A stretch of 64,000 nucleotides of DNA from positions 384,648,001-384,712,000 of the forward strand of contig OZ024741.1 in assembly GCA_964016885.1 (NCBI GenBank). The letters are read 5' to 3'. Within the stretch, counting starts at the first letter, position 1. Each line of letters begins with the position of its first letter. The DNA comes from Eledone cirrhosa. Lineage: Eukaryota. The translations under genes and the position numbers were made by a program. Shown in pieces: positions 1-13,190 of the stretch. A model generated the notes under the pieces. The model saw only the letters and a program-made list of their open reading frames with translations. It ran no database searches and had not been told where the DNA came from.

Positions 1-109
1 TGAGTCCTTTACTCCCACGGGGTATTCCCCTGAGTCAAAAACAAAAAAAAACATTTTTTTTCATTCTCGGATTTTTCATTTTGTTTCTTCCTAACTACTA
101 TGCAATTAT

Positions 110-167
110 ACACCTGATGATGTCACTAGGTTCATACGTAGCCTAGCCAGTGAAATGTGCATAGTGT
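110..167 (+). ncRNA. Minimal type I hammerhead ribozyme motif (PLE pLTR-type)
   Basis: ACAC-CTGATGA-stem II (CTAGGTT/AGCCTAG hairpin, mismatched base)-GAAA-TGTGCA-TA-GTGT. Stem I is ACAC/GTGT, the triplet is AUA, and AATAAA follows at 175-180. Confidence 0.6.
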
Positions 168-806
168 TTGCAGTAATAAAACCTGTCCGGCCTCCTGTCA
201 TTTTACCCTATAATATAATTTAATTCCATTCCTGCACCAAAAACAAGATTCAACATCAAAGATCGATGAGATACTTAACGTCAAGCGCTTTTACAATACT
301 ACATCATGGTTTACTTCGAGGAAAGACCAATTCTATCCAGTGGTAAACCACCAAATTCAAGCGTATATATATGTATGTACGTATGTATGTATGTGTCTAT
401 GTATGTATATATATATGTGTGTGTCAGGTCGCTCTCGAGTGCTACTGGTAACGTGTAGCCCAGTCCAGCCTGTCTCATGGTCGGGTCGTCGGGGACTAAA
501 GCGGCAACCCACCAAGCTAGCTTGGTGAGGAGGGCGATATTTGGACACCCTGAGGGATGAAATACAAGACCCAGCAAAAGACGGAGGAACTCAGCAGAGT
601 TAACGGCCAAATAGTAGGTTTTTTCGATGCTCAGACAGTGGGATTGGTTGAGTGCAAGGCCTTTCCCTACTTAAAAAACCTTCAAAGCGCAGGCATTGCT
701 TGTTCGGGATATGTTACAGGTTCGTGTGGCTGGTCATAGCCTAAGAGTGCACCAAACTCTATAATCTGACAAGGTATTGCAATACTCTTAGAGTTTGCAG
801 CACTCA

Positions 807-851
<45 letters not shown>

Positions 852-954
852 GTATATGGGTCATACAAACATTCGTTCTTTCTTCCAGAGAAGAAGAGAG
901 AGAGTGGGATGAGAACAAGACAGAGGCAGGACAACCTCAGTATTGCACCGGAAC

Positions 955-1085
955 ATTTTTTATCAACCTCGAAAGGATGAAAGGCAAAGCTGACCTCAGT
1001 GGACTTTGACCTCAGAGAGCAGAGAGCCCGGAACAAAAACCGCAAAGCATTCTATCTGATGTCCTAACGATTGTCATTTGCTACT
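955..1085 (-). mobile_element. tRNA-derived SINE fragment (octopus-type family)
   Basis: Contains 'tttatcaacctcgaaaggatgaaaggcaaagctgacctc...tttgacctcaga', the core shared by about 13 copies in the window. Confidence 0.7.
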
Positions 1086-1109
1086 TCTTTACATACACAT
1101 ATGTGATGT

Positions 1110-1156
<47 letters not shown>

Positions 1157-1604
1157 GTGTGTGTGTGCTGTTGTTAGTGATAATAAAATTACCTTTTCTT
1201 TCTTATTTCATTACAACAAATTTTTTCGTATGCCTCTTGCTATGACAAAGAAACAGTTCTTTCATTTAGTTCGTAACAAGTATTTGTCTGTTGAATGCTT
1301 TTCGTTTTCTGTGTTTTGGGGGCGTAACTTTCTGTTGTGATTGTAGAAGCCATTGTTTACAATATCTCTGAAGGGAATCACAAAAATGTCAGAAACACCC
1401 ACTTTCTTCGTTTATTATGATTTTTTAAAAATAAACAATAAATCATAGAGAGTGTGTCTTAAACCAAGTAAAGAAAACATTTTTATTCGCTTTGAATAAA
1501 ACGGCAAAATTATGCAAACCTTTCAGGTATCAGGAGCCAATAAAGAAGGCGTGTTGACATGGCAGCAGCAGCAACAGCTTATAATAATAATAATAATAAA
1601 TTTC

Positions 1605-2575
1605 AGAAGTTCCATTTACTGCTGAAATGAAAAACACAGAAAAAGAAAGGTAGGTAAAAGTAACTGCAAAGAAAGAACTGCTACAGAAACTGACTAAGAA
1701 AAGCCTCTGTATGGAAAATACCCAAAAAGAGCTAACAATCCTGATGTTGACAAAACTTTAACCCATCAGTGGTTGGCATCCTCTGGACTGAAATAGGAGA
1801 CTGAAGGACTGATTATATCAGCACAAGATCAGTGTCTGCCAACAAAAAATTACCAAGCCAACATAATAAAAAATGGATGCAGCCCATTATGCCGTGTATG
1901 CAAAAAACAACCATGGACCATTGACCATATAATTTCAATGTGCAGTCTTATAACTCCAACCGAATACCTAAACAGGCACGACAGAGCTGCACAATACATA
2001 CATTGGATAATGTGTAAGCATTTTGACCTGCCCCATCAAAAGAATTGGTGGGCGCATTAACCACCTCCCGTACTTGTGGAACTTTAGCATCCAAACAGAC
2101 CGAAAAATAGATGCAAATAGACCTGATATAATACTGAAGGACTTTAAAAAGAGGGTATGCCTGCTAATTGATATGTCCGTTCCAATAGACAAGAATGTAT
2201 CTATAAAAACATTTGAAAAATTGAGCAAGTATAAGGACCTGGAGACAGAAATTGGAAAAATGTGGAAATTGAGAACTAAAACAATACCAGTGGTTGTAGG
2301 CGCTCTGGGAATGATACCTAAGGGGTCTAATGATTACTTATCGCAAATCCCAGGAAACCCGCGTATAGGAGAAATACAAAAGATAGTACTAATGGGAACT
2401 GCCCATATACTAAGGAAGATTCTGTCAATATAAGTACATCACAAGTCTAAACACTAAAGATGCATGTGTGTGTATGTATGTTCTTTCTTGAACATGGCGG
2501 ACCTTGTTGTCTCTTGAGGTCACTGGTTGTGACTTGGTGATAACTCGTATGAACATAAAGCAAGATAAATGCAAC
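1605..2575 (+). mobile_element. R4/Dong-type RLE LINE, 3' fragment (decayed)
   Basis: Translates to ETEGLIISAQDQ, a CCHC region (CRVC...HIISMC), RHD and LWNFSIQTDRKIDANRPDII..D..K (restriction-like endonuclease), with a stop and frameshifts. Confidence 0.85.
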
Positions 2576-2577
2576 TG

Positions 2578-2890
2578 TAATAATTGTTTCTACTTTAGGC
2601 ACAAGGCCAGCAATTACCCAGTGCATTACTGGTACTTTATTTTATCGATCCCGTAAGGATGAAAGGCAAAGTCAACCTCGGCGCTGTAATAATAATAATA
2701 ATTGTTTCTACTTTAGGCACAAGGCCAGCAATTATCCAGTGCATTACTGGTACTTTATTTTATCGACTCCGTAAGGATGAAAGGCAAAGTCAACCTCGGC
2801 GGGATTTGAACTCAGATCGTAAAGGGACGTAACTATGCTGGAAACATGGCGTCCGACCCTCTACCGATACTGCCAATCTACCGCCCTTGT
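2578..2890 (-). mobile_element. tRNA-derived SINE with a tandemly duplicated 3' part
   Basis: 2578-2685 is repeated at about 2697-2800. The second copy continues into a B-box-like 'gggatttgaactc' and the SINE head. Confidence 0.8.
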
Positions 2891-3988
2891 AGATTATTGT
2901 AATAATAATAATGATGCTTTCTTTATTAACCGCAAGGGTTTACACAAAGTAGACATTAAATACAGTACAGGACAATACAGGACAATACAGGACGGTACAA
3001 GTGGGCATTTCTGCGTGTAAAAAACAAAAAACAGAGGATGTAACAAAAAAAGAACAATGAAAAATTCCCCAATAGGGGGGGGGGGAGAGATTTCCGAGGG
3101 CCATCGTGGAGAAAGCCCATTTTAAAAAAAGGCAACGGTGACCCTGACCACCAGGGCAAGTGCCCTCTCCCAGTTTTCCACCTTCAATTTACAGGCATAT
3201 ACTCAGAGTCCATTCACTCGGGCCATTTTTGCCTCTCTCATCCATCTTTCAACAAAATGCTGGGAAGAGAGCACTTCTCTCTCTACCCTGATTTTCCTTT
3301 TCAAATGAAATTTGAAAATGTTAATCAGGGCATCACCGAAGAGGTAAGTGCTTGTCTTCAGCCCTTTCAAACGTGTCCACCATACTATCTCTTTCGCCAT
3401 GGCCACCAGACAGATAAAAATTGCCTGCCCTTCCCGGCTAAAGGAAGAGGGCGAGGCAATCCTCACGATGGACTCAGCTGATAGCCGGATCCGTTCTATA
3501 CGCGACAGCAGGTGTTCGACATAAACCCACAAGTCAGCAATGCTCGGACACTAGACGAGTGCATGCAGGATGGTCTCGTTGCCCTGTGCGCCTCTCGGAC
3601 ATGCCCGGCTGTCGGCAATTCCGTGCCTGTAGAGTTTATCCCGAACTGGCAAAGCTCCTCGGTAGCATTGCCAGGCCAGGGATTTCTGGAAATTGTCCAT
3701 AGGCCCCGGCCCGAAAGTTCTTCCGAAGAGATTGGCTAGTTGATTTTCGTCGACGCCTAAAAGTTTTCCCCAAGTACGTCGTTGCTCTTCCCCTCCACTA
3801 ATCCTCTATAGAACGCCAAGGTGGAGTTTCCACCGATCATATTTCCCAACTGGTCCAGGGCCGTAAGCGCCTGAAGACATCCCAGTCTCCAAGCGCTCCC
3901 TCTCGGTCTTCTCTTGACCAAGGACTGCAGCTCCATCAAGGAGACGAACTGGGGAAAGACGCGTCTAGCAAACGGCGACCACACCTGA

Positions 3989-5335
3989 TCATCGTCGAGG
4001 AAGAAGTGGAGATGTCGTAGCCTGAGCGCGGGTCTGTGATTCATCAGCCACGGCATGCCCAGCCCTCCATATAGCGGGTGTTGACAGCAGATGGACCGCC
4101 TGACCATCGGAACGCGTCCCTTCCAAGAGCAAACGCTCCAGTGCTGTCAGGCGGGGCTTATGACAATGTACGACGGTCAGGCGGTAGTAGATGACGGACG
4201 CGATGTACGCATTCGCCACTTCCGTTCGACCTTTCAGGGAGAGCTTCCTCTCTGCCCATTTCTGGGTGAGAGAAGCCACCCTGCTCGTCACCTCGTCCCA
4301 GTTTTTGTCCGTCTGGCGGTCCGGACCGAACCAGACCCCTATCAATTTAACCGGTCCGTCCGTCCAGCGCCCGACGACGCTATTGGACGGCATGGACCTG
4401 CCTCTCCAGGTGCCGAACTGCAGGCCTACCGACTTTTGCTGGTTGATCATTGCTCCTGTCACCGCTTCGTATTCTCTTAGTGTGGTGCCGATCGCCTCGA
4501 TGTGTTTGGCGTTCGACACCACTACGGTGACATTGTCCACATATGCTGACACGGATCTTCCGCATCCTAGTTCGCGCGGGACCCCCCTCAACGTCTCCAG
4601 TGTGTGCAGTAATGGCTCGAGAGTCAATGCGTACAAGAGGGACGAGGGGGGACATCCTTGGCGGACCGAGCCCATGATGTTGAACGGTTCAGAAAGGTGA
4701 CCGTTCACTCTCACCACAGAGCAGATGTCACTGTGCATGGCAGCGATCCAGCCTCTGAAGACGGGCCCAAAGCCAGCCGCCCTCAGGACTGACGCCAGAT
4801 AACGATTGTCGACCCTATCGAAAACTTTCGACTGATCTAAATTGATCAAGGATCCACCCGTTCCAGGTTCCCTAGCTACCCTCTCTACGATGTATCGCAT
4901 GAGGTGGAGGTTGTCGTGGATGGATCTGTCTGGAATGGCGCATGTCTGCGCCTCTCCCACCAGACCACCAACGACAAGCGCCAACCTCTTTGCTAGCACC
5001 TTTGCTGTGTTTAGCAGAGTTATGGGCCTGAAATTATCTATGTTATCCTCCTTGTTCGGATCCTTTCTCAGCAGCGCCACCGCTCCTCGGCTCGCAGAGC
5101 TGGGAATTCTCCTGTTATGTTGCCAGTTGCAGTAGACGTCCGCCAAGAGGCCTCCGAACAAGTGTAGCATCTGTACGTAAAGTTCATAGAGCAGACCATC
5201 CAAACCAGGCGATTTATCCCTTATGCAGCCAGTCATTGCCTCCCGTACTTCAGCGGCTGTTATCGGCTTTTCGCAACACTCCGCCTCAGTGGGAGAGAGC
5301 CGCGGCAGACCGTCGAGGTAGGCACTAAAGTCCAC
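3989..5335 (-). pseudogene. LINE ORF2 reverse transcriptase domain
   Basis: Motifs KSPGLDG, FRPITLLN, LDQSKVFDRV and VRQGCP. The catalytic YADD is mutated to YVDN. Confidence 0.9.
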
Positions 5336-5739
5336 CCCTCGATCAGGCGCGCCGCTGCCCCGAACAGCTGAGCGGAGTGTCGCTGAAAAGCTTCACACAT
5401 TTCCCCGGGATCGAGTAGTATGCGCCCGTCATAGTCCACTAAAGACCGGATCGTGGCTTTGTTGCCACGACGCGCCTCAACCACTCGAGCCCATTGAACG
5501 GCTTTCGTCCCCTCGTGTCTGAGAGCACGCACCCTAGCTCTGACAACGCAGCCTTCGTGCTTTGCATTGAAGAATTGGTCAAGGGCCAATTTCGCCACAA
5601 GTACGTCGGTCGCGATGCCTTTAATAAGCGCCTCGTCTAATTTTCTAACTAGTTCTCCCTCTGCTCTATTTTTCTCTATTGATAGAGCCTTACTAAATCT
5701 AATAGACTCTATTCTAATCGCTCTTTTCAGAGCAAACCA

Positions 5740-6540
5740 CTATCTGTTGTTGACGATGGCCCCCGTTAACGCCCGCTTAACTAGTTCGTTAATCCGGTCT
5801 CTGTAGGCCTTGCGCGTTGTTAATGTCACGTTTAGCTTCCAGTAGCCGGGTCCCTGTCTATGAAGCCTATCTAAGTCAACCTCACAGATCACGAATTTGT
5901 GGTCCGTGTAGCTGACTATCTTGAATTGTGTACATCCTATGCTAGACCTATCTATTTCCCTGCAAAATACTCTATCTAGATATGATCTGGATGACCCGAT
6001 GCGGTTTGTCCATCTCCACATTGGCACATTCGAGAAATCCAGGCGGTACCTGTCAGACAGTTGAAACCGTCTGAGCAGGTTTGAGAGGCTTTTACACCCT
6101 CCTCCCCTATCCGCTAATCCCACACAGTCCCAGCGTTCATCTAAGATCCCGTTCCAGTCGCCCACTAACACTAAAGAGCGGGAAGTTCCAAGAAAAGTCT
6201 TCAGACGCCGGAAGAAATCAGGCCGCCCTGCTCCTGTCGGGGCATAGACGGCCACTAGCCTGAAAGCTTGCCCGTCTCCGCTGGTCACGTCCAGCACCAC
6301 AAACTTACCTTCTGGGTCCAGGAAGATGGCCCGTATGGCGAGATCCAAACCTCTCCGAAAAAGCACAGCTACTCCTCCCCCCGATCCAGAACGGCTGGGA
6401 GATGCGTACACATCGTAGCCGCCGAAGATCGGTGCGAAGGCCCGTGCTTCGGAGATTCTGGTCTCGCTGATGGCTACCACATCAATGTTTAGTGACCTGA
6501 GATCGTTGAGCAGATGGCCCTGCTTCCATGACGACCTCAA
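5740..6540 (-). pseudogene. LINE ORF2 APE endonuclease domain
   Basis: Motifs NARGL, ISET, GGVAVL, VYAP, GDWN, YLDRVF and TDH. Confidence 0.9.
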
Positions 6541-8834
6541 ACCACGCGCATTTATGCTGCCTATTCTGAGTGAGGTAATGTTGAAAAAGAGTGGAAAAAG
6601 ATGGGAAAGACCACTTACCTCACTTCTCGTAGAGGAAGGATGGTTTGTCCATCCTTTTCACTGCTTGTGGCCTCCTCCGGAAGGATGTCCTTATAAATCC
6701 TCCTGGAGTGTGTTTGTCAGACGTCTCCGATGTCCTTGGGGAATTTTTCTTTTAGTGTCGTGTACGTTTTCTGTGTGATGCGAGTGATTTGTATGTGTGG
6801 AGGTGGTGTGAATTTTTGAGGTGTTGTGTGGTCTTTTTCTGTGATGCTGGTGTTGTGTTGGATGTAGTGTAATAATTGGTTGTTGTTCAAATTTAATGCT
6901 GTGTAGTGTGTATCATTTTGGTTGTACTGTTTTGTTTGCGTTTGTTGTGGGTTTGTTTCTGTTTCGTTTTTTCGTGATTTTTGTGGTGTTGGTGATGGTG
7001 GTTGTGGGGTTAATGATGGTGATGATGTAGATGTTTGTGGTGATGGGGCTGGTGATGCTGGTGTGGGTGGTGGCATAGCTGTCTTAACTTCTTTGTTTGT
7101 TTGCTTATTTGTTTCCCCCTGCATTTTGATTTTTGGAGGGCGAAAAAAGAGGATTTTTCTTTTTTAGGTTCTTTTTTTCTTTTTCTTTTTCCTGATGCCA
7201 TTTCGCACTCCTCCTCATCGTCACAATCTGTCTCCAGTTGCGATAGGTCGGGGAGTAGAAAATCCTCCACAGGGGTTGGTTTTGGTTGTGCTAATTCTGT
7301 CGCGATGGGTGGTGGTGGTGTTGATTTTGCTACTGTTGCTGCTACAGTTGCTGGGGTTGTTGCGGCTACAGTTGCTTCTGTTGTTGCTACTGTTGCTGGG
7401 GTTGTTGCTGCTACAGTTGCTTCTGTTGTTGCTGCTACAGTTTTTTCTGCCATTTCTGCGCTGGTTTTGATGCTAGAGTCACTAGGGTGGGTAGGAGAGG
7501 TGGCCTCAACTTTTTAGCCTGAGGGCAGAAACCTTTAGGTGGGTTCCTTCGCCACAAACGACACACCTAGGCCTTCTACTCTCAACGATTACGGTGAGGT
7601 GGCTGCCGTCATTGAGGTCTATCACCTCTGGAATTTCCTCAATGTTTTTGGTCCGCTTGGATCAGGAGCTCCATCCCAGATCCGGACCAGTTCTCCTGCT
7701 TTTCCTTTGTTACCTCAATTATTTTCGTGTTGGCCTCGATGCCGGCGAGAACGGCAGCCATTAGCCAGGGAATTTCGATGGCCGGCGGAACGTGAGTCAC
7801 CCTGATCTTCACGAGTCTCTGACCACAATAGCTTGGGACGAGTGTGAACTCGTCACTTCTTAATGGGGCCATGGAGTGCTCTCTGTCTTCCTGTGGGGTT
7901 CCAAAGAACACGTCCACGGTTCCATATTTGTGCCCACGTCTGATGTCCCAAAGCTTTTTGTATCTGGGACTCGGATGCCCTTTCCACTCAGTGTGATTTT
8001 GTGTTTATCGTCTGATATGACACGGTGCATAGGCGCCGATACTCCATTTTATTGGGTGGGTGAGGCTGACCCTGTACCCATCTTTTTTTACCATTCTCTT
8101 GGCTTCATTTAATTCATCCTGGCTTACCTCGATTGTTTCGCTTTTCTTGGCTACTTTGGCAAACGACACATTTTGTTTTGCGCTGGTGTTGATGTTGTTG
8201 TTGTTATTCTCATTGTAGTTGTTGTTGTTGTTGCTGTTATTGTTATTTTTGTTATTGTTATTTTTAGTTTCAGTCGTGGTGGTGGTGGTGGTGGTGGTGG
8301 TGGTGTCAGTGGTGTTCGGCGTGGAAGAGTCGATTCTGGGTGAATCCATTTCGATGTCACGAGATAATAATTTATTTTTTTTGTTTCTGTTGTCGCTGTG
8401 GTGGTGGTGAGGGTAGCGGCTTTAACACCTGCAGTTATTGGTAATGGCGGGAAATGAATGTCTGCATGTGACAAATTTAAATTATTGCCACTGCTTATAT
8501 TTTTAGTGTTGGCAAGCGTAGTAATGTCTACAATGGTGGTGGTGGTGGTGGTGGTGGTGGTGGGAGGTGTTGGTCTGTTATGAAGGCTGTCAGTTTTGTG
8601 TGGCTGAGAGCCGTCAATTTTTTTTTTCCAAAGAAAGTTTTTGTTTGATAATTATAAAAGTTTAAATTTTGGGCTCAAGGCCCCAATCTTTTTGAGTGTC
8701 CTTTTCAGAAAGCAATATATGTAAACTTATAAACACTTAACAACAAAACGTTTCCAGAACTGGCAATTTGAAACAACTGAAAACAACAAACCTTTGCGGA
8801 GCTCACGATAATACGATTTCCTACGTAGGTCGCC

Positions 8835-8875
<41 letters not shown>

Positions 8876-8877
<2 letters not shown>

Positions 8878-9345
8878 GATCTGAAGGTGGAAGAGGTCTT
8901 ATCAGCATAGAGGACTGTTTCAGATGGAGAAAAACAACCTGCACAAATACGTGACTGACAGTAGGGAGCCAATGCTCAGAATTGGAGGAGAGAACAATAC
9001 ACCAGGGGATGTCCAAGGAGGAAATAACAACAAGGAGGAAGAGCAACCTTCATGAAAAATCCCTTCATAGTACCTTCTTTGAGAAAACGGAACTTAGAGA
9101 TCCACAGACATGGAACTGGTTAAAAAGAGGAGACCTTAAAAAGGCTACAGAAGGAATGCTAATGGCTGAGCAAGAGCAGGCACTCAAAACGAAGTGGGTG
9201 AAACACCATATTTACAAGGAGGAGGCTAGCCCACTGTGTAGGATCTATGGAGAGAGAGAGGAGACTGTGGCTCACATTGTATCCGAGTGTAAACACCTAG
9301 CCCAGACTCGCTATAAAGGCTGGAGACATGATGTGATAGGCAGCG
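8876..9345 (+). mobile_element. R4/Dong-type LINE fragment
   Basis: EGGRGL, WLKRGDLKKATEGMLMAEQEQAL, ETVAHIVSEC and RHD; starts after a (TAA)n tract. Confidence 0.8.
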
Positions 9346-10255
9346 TCATGAATATTTGTATATGTCCATTGAAGCTCCTCCGGACAACATACTTCCAAGT
9401 CACATCAGTGTTAACCATTTATTTACATTAGACTACGAAGCTGAACACGTGTTAGAAGGCAATGTCTTTAACTGTGACTTGGGAATAAATTTCTGCATAT
9501 GTGTGTGACGCGCTTATCTCACTTGTCTCTTCACCCCGATCCCAGTTTTAAAAATAACACATATATCGTTATACACTCTACCACAACCGGGTTGCCTCTA
9601 TTTTCTTTTTATATGGTGCCAAGAAGACATCTGTGGTTTTGACATTACACAGATAGTTTATTTTCCTTCCCTATCAAACCTTTGTGACAGCCTTGAGTAG
9701 AATGCACCTGTTTTTGTGTTATAATACTGTCATACTGTCATGCATTCTTATTTCGTCTAAATGTTGCAAGTCTGAAGTTCGTGTGTTGGAAATTTTATAT
9801 ACAAAAGTCGAAACTGGTGTTTCACTCAAATTTTTATCGTTACTTTCATTTGGCAAAGCTTGTGTGAACGTTGTTGTTGTTGCCAAAACAGCGCTAGAAT
9901 TTTTCATACTAGTGTCGATAGAAAGTCATTATTTTTTTTCTTCTAAAACATATGTCTTACTGTATATTCTTATTCGTTTCTTTGGTGTATTTTTGTGTGA
10001 TTTTCTTCATTATCAATATAATATTCTCTTTGATGAAAACAAATAACAAAAAATATAATTTGAATAAAAACAAACTACTTCATTTGTTTGAACACTCTTT
10101 TGGCAGACTTCCAAATTCTCCGATGGTTCTCTGTATGAGGATAAATTTTAAAAAGTATATATTATTCTATGCAGCTGTATTTGGTAAAATCCTGCGCATG
10201 GAAGAGCGATTTGTAAACACGTCAGAGCAGGTCAGCAGTAAATAATACTAATAAT

Positions 10256-13190
10256 AATGTTTTTTTTATTAACCACAAGGGTTGATACAAGGCATGTGAA
10301 AATGCGTGTGAAAATAAAAACATAAAATAAAAAACAAAGGATGTAACAAAAAAACAAAACAAAGGAAAATTCCCCAATAGTGGGGAGACTTCCGAGGGTC
10401 ACTCGTCGAAAAAGCCCACAAAAATCCACGGTGACCCTGACCACCAGGGTGAGTGCCCTCTCCCAGTTTTCCACGTCCAATCTACAAGCGCATACTCAGA
10501 GCCGGCCTATTCACTCAGGCCATGCTCGCCTCTCTCACCCATCTTTCAACAAATTGTTGGGAAAGGAACACTTCCTTCTCCACTCTTATTTTCCTTTTCA
10601 AATGAAATTTGAAAAAGTTGATCAGGGCTTCACCAAAGAGGTAACTGCTCGTCTTCAGAACTTTCAAACGTGTCCACCATACGACCTCTTTCGCCATGGC
10701 CACCAGACAGATAAAATCTGTCTGCCCTTCCCGGTTAAAGGAAGGCGGCGAAGCAATCTTCATGATGGACTCAGCTGATATCCAGATCCGTCCTACACGT
10801 GACAGCAGGTATTCGACATAAACCCATAAGTCAGCAATGATCAGACACTCGACGAGTGCGTGCAGGACAGTTTCGTCGTCCTGCGTGCATCTCGAACAGG
10901 TCCAGCTGACAGCATATCCATACCTGTAGAGTTTATCCCGAACTGGCAAAGCTCCTCAGTAGCACTGCCAGGCCAGGGATTTCTGGAAATTGTCCATGGG
11001 CCCCGGTCCGAATGTTTTCCAGAAGAGACTGGCTAGTTGATTTTCATCAAAGCCCAGAGTATCCCCAAGGAGTCATCGCTCTTACTCCCCACTAACCCTC
11101 TTTAGAATGCCAAGATGGAGTTTCCACCGATCGTAGTGCCCGATTGATTGAGAACAGTGAGCGTCTGAAGACATTCCAGTCATCAAGCGTTCCCTCTCGA
11201 TCTTCGCTTGACCCAGGACTGCAGCTCCGCCAAGGAGATGAGCTGGGGAAAAATGTGTCTAACAAACGGCGACCACACCTGTTCCCCATCAAGGAAGAGG
11301 TGGAGATGCCGTATCCTCAGTGCATGTTTGCGCATCATTAACCACGGCATTTCCAGCACTCCACGTAGCGAGTGTTGACAGCAGATGGACCACCTGACAA
11401 TCGGCGCGTGTCCTTTCTACAAAAGGCGAAAGAGCAAACGCTCCAGTGCAATGAGGAGAGGCTTAGGACATGGCACGGCGGTCAGGTGGTAGTAGATGAA
11501 GGACGTGATGTACGTATTCGCCACCTCTGCCCGATTTTTCAGGGACAGTTTCCTCTAAGCCAGTTTTTGAGTGAAAGAGGCCACCCTGCTCGTCACCTCG
11601 TTCCAGTTTTTGTCCATTTGGAGGTCCAGACCAAATCAAACCCTGAGCATTTTAACCGGCCCATCCGTCGAGCGCCCAAGGAATCTGGTTAATAGTATGG
11701 ACCTGCCTCTCCAGGTGCCCAGCTGCAGGCCTACCGACTTTTCCTGGTTAATCTTTGCCCCCGTCATCATCTCGCACTTCTTGAGAGCAGTGCCGACTAT
11801 CTCAATATGTTTGGTGCTCAACACCATTACGGTGACGTCGTCCGCATAAGCTGACATGTTTCTTATGGGGTGTTGTGTAGTATTTCTGTGATGCTGGTGT
11901 TGTGCTGGATGTAGTGCAATAATTGTTTGTTGTTCGTGTTTAGAGCCGTGTAGTGCGTTGCAGTTTTGTATTTCTGTTGTGTTTGTGGTGGTGTTGATGT
12001 CTTAACTTTTTTGTTTAATTCTTTCTTTCTTTTCTTTCTGTTTTTGATGGTTTTCCACCCCTCCTCCTCGTCACAATCCGTCTCCAGTTGTGCGAAGTCG
12101 GTGAGGGGCCTGTTCTCCACAGATGCTCATGCTGCTTGTTGCATGTTGGATGGTGGTGGCGCTAGTGTTGCTTCTGATATGGTGTATGGTAGTGGTGCTC
12201 TTGATACCGTTGCTGCTGCCATTGCTGCTGTTGTTGGTAGTGATGGTGGAGCTAGTATGGGAAGTGGTGAAGGCAGCAGATGTGGCCTTCATTTTTTGGC
12301 CAATTCTTGGGGGAAGAAGGCCTTTAGGTGGATGTTATCCCCACACACGTGACACCTTGGCCTTCTACCCTCGACTGTTACGGTAATGCAGCTGCCACCA
12401 TCAAGGTCTATTACTTCTAGAATTTCTTGGATGTTATTCTAGTCCGTTTGGATCAGGAGCTCCATTCCTGATCCGGACCGGTTTTCCTGTTTTATTTTAA
12501 TTATTTACAGGATTTTGGTGTCGTCTTCGATGTCGGCGAGGCCGTCATCCGGGGAATTGCCATTGCCGGCGAAACTAATGTCACTTTCACTCTTACGAGC
12601 CTTTGTCCGCAGTAGCTTGGGACCAGAGTGACCATCGTTCTTTAGTGGCGTCATGGAATGTTCTCTGACTTCATGTGGGGCCACAAAGAACACGTCCGGG
12701 GTCCTATATCTTCTTCCATGCGTGATGTTGTTTTTTTGAGTCAACACATGTCCCAAAGCCTTGTATCTGGGACTTCGGCGTGTTTTTGCACTAACTGTAT
12801 GGTATGACACCGTACATAGCGTTCGTTGTTCCATGACATCGGATGGAAGAGTAAGGCTGACCTTGTATCCATTGTTTTAAAAATTCGCCTGGCTCCATTC
12901 ATTTCGTGTTCCGTCCGACTGTTTCCTTTTTATTTGCGACTCTCGCAAATGTGACAGATTTTGCGCTGTCGTTGTTGTTGTTGTTGGTACCGATGCTGTA
13001 GCTGCTGCCTCTACCATTGCAGCTGTTGTTCCTGTTATTGTTGGCGGCGTTGCCATTTGCTTCTATGTCGCTGCTGCTACTGCTGCTGTCTTTAACTGTC
13101 TCTGTTATACATGTTTTTGGTGCTGCTGCTGTTGTTGTTGTTGTTTTTTGTGGTGTTGGTGGTAGTGGCGGTGGTGGTGGTGGTGATAAC
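10256..13190 (-). mobile_element. Second Tx1/L1-like LINE copy with a large internal deletion
   Basis: Homologous to 2915-8620. The ORF1 C-terminus (HYTALN..LLHYIQHNTSITE) joins directly to RT at SAYADD (~11858), so APE and the N-terminal half of RT are missing. Confidence 0.85.

Larger units (their letters stand above)
2915..8620 (-). mobile_element. Near full-length Tx1/L1-clade LINE, inactivated
   Basis: Order is a low-complexity ORF1 with a zinc-knuckle remnant (~8474-6600), APE endonuclease (6540-5740), RT (5335-3989) and a C-terminal Cys-rich region, ending in AATAAA and an (ATT)n tail. It has several stops and frameshifts. Confidence 0.9.

Noticed and set aside
9350-10230. Possible decayed PLE fragment with an HHR-like CTGATGT on the minus strand
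   Set aside because: No clear RT or GIY-YIG motif and no GAAA; cannot be supported by eye.
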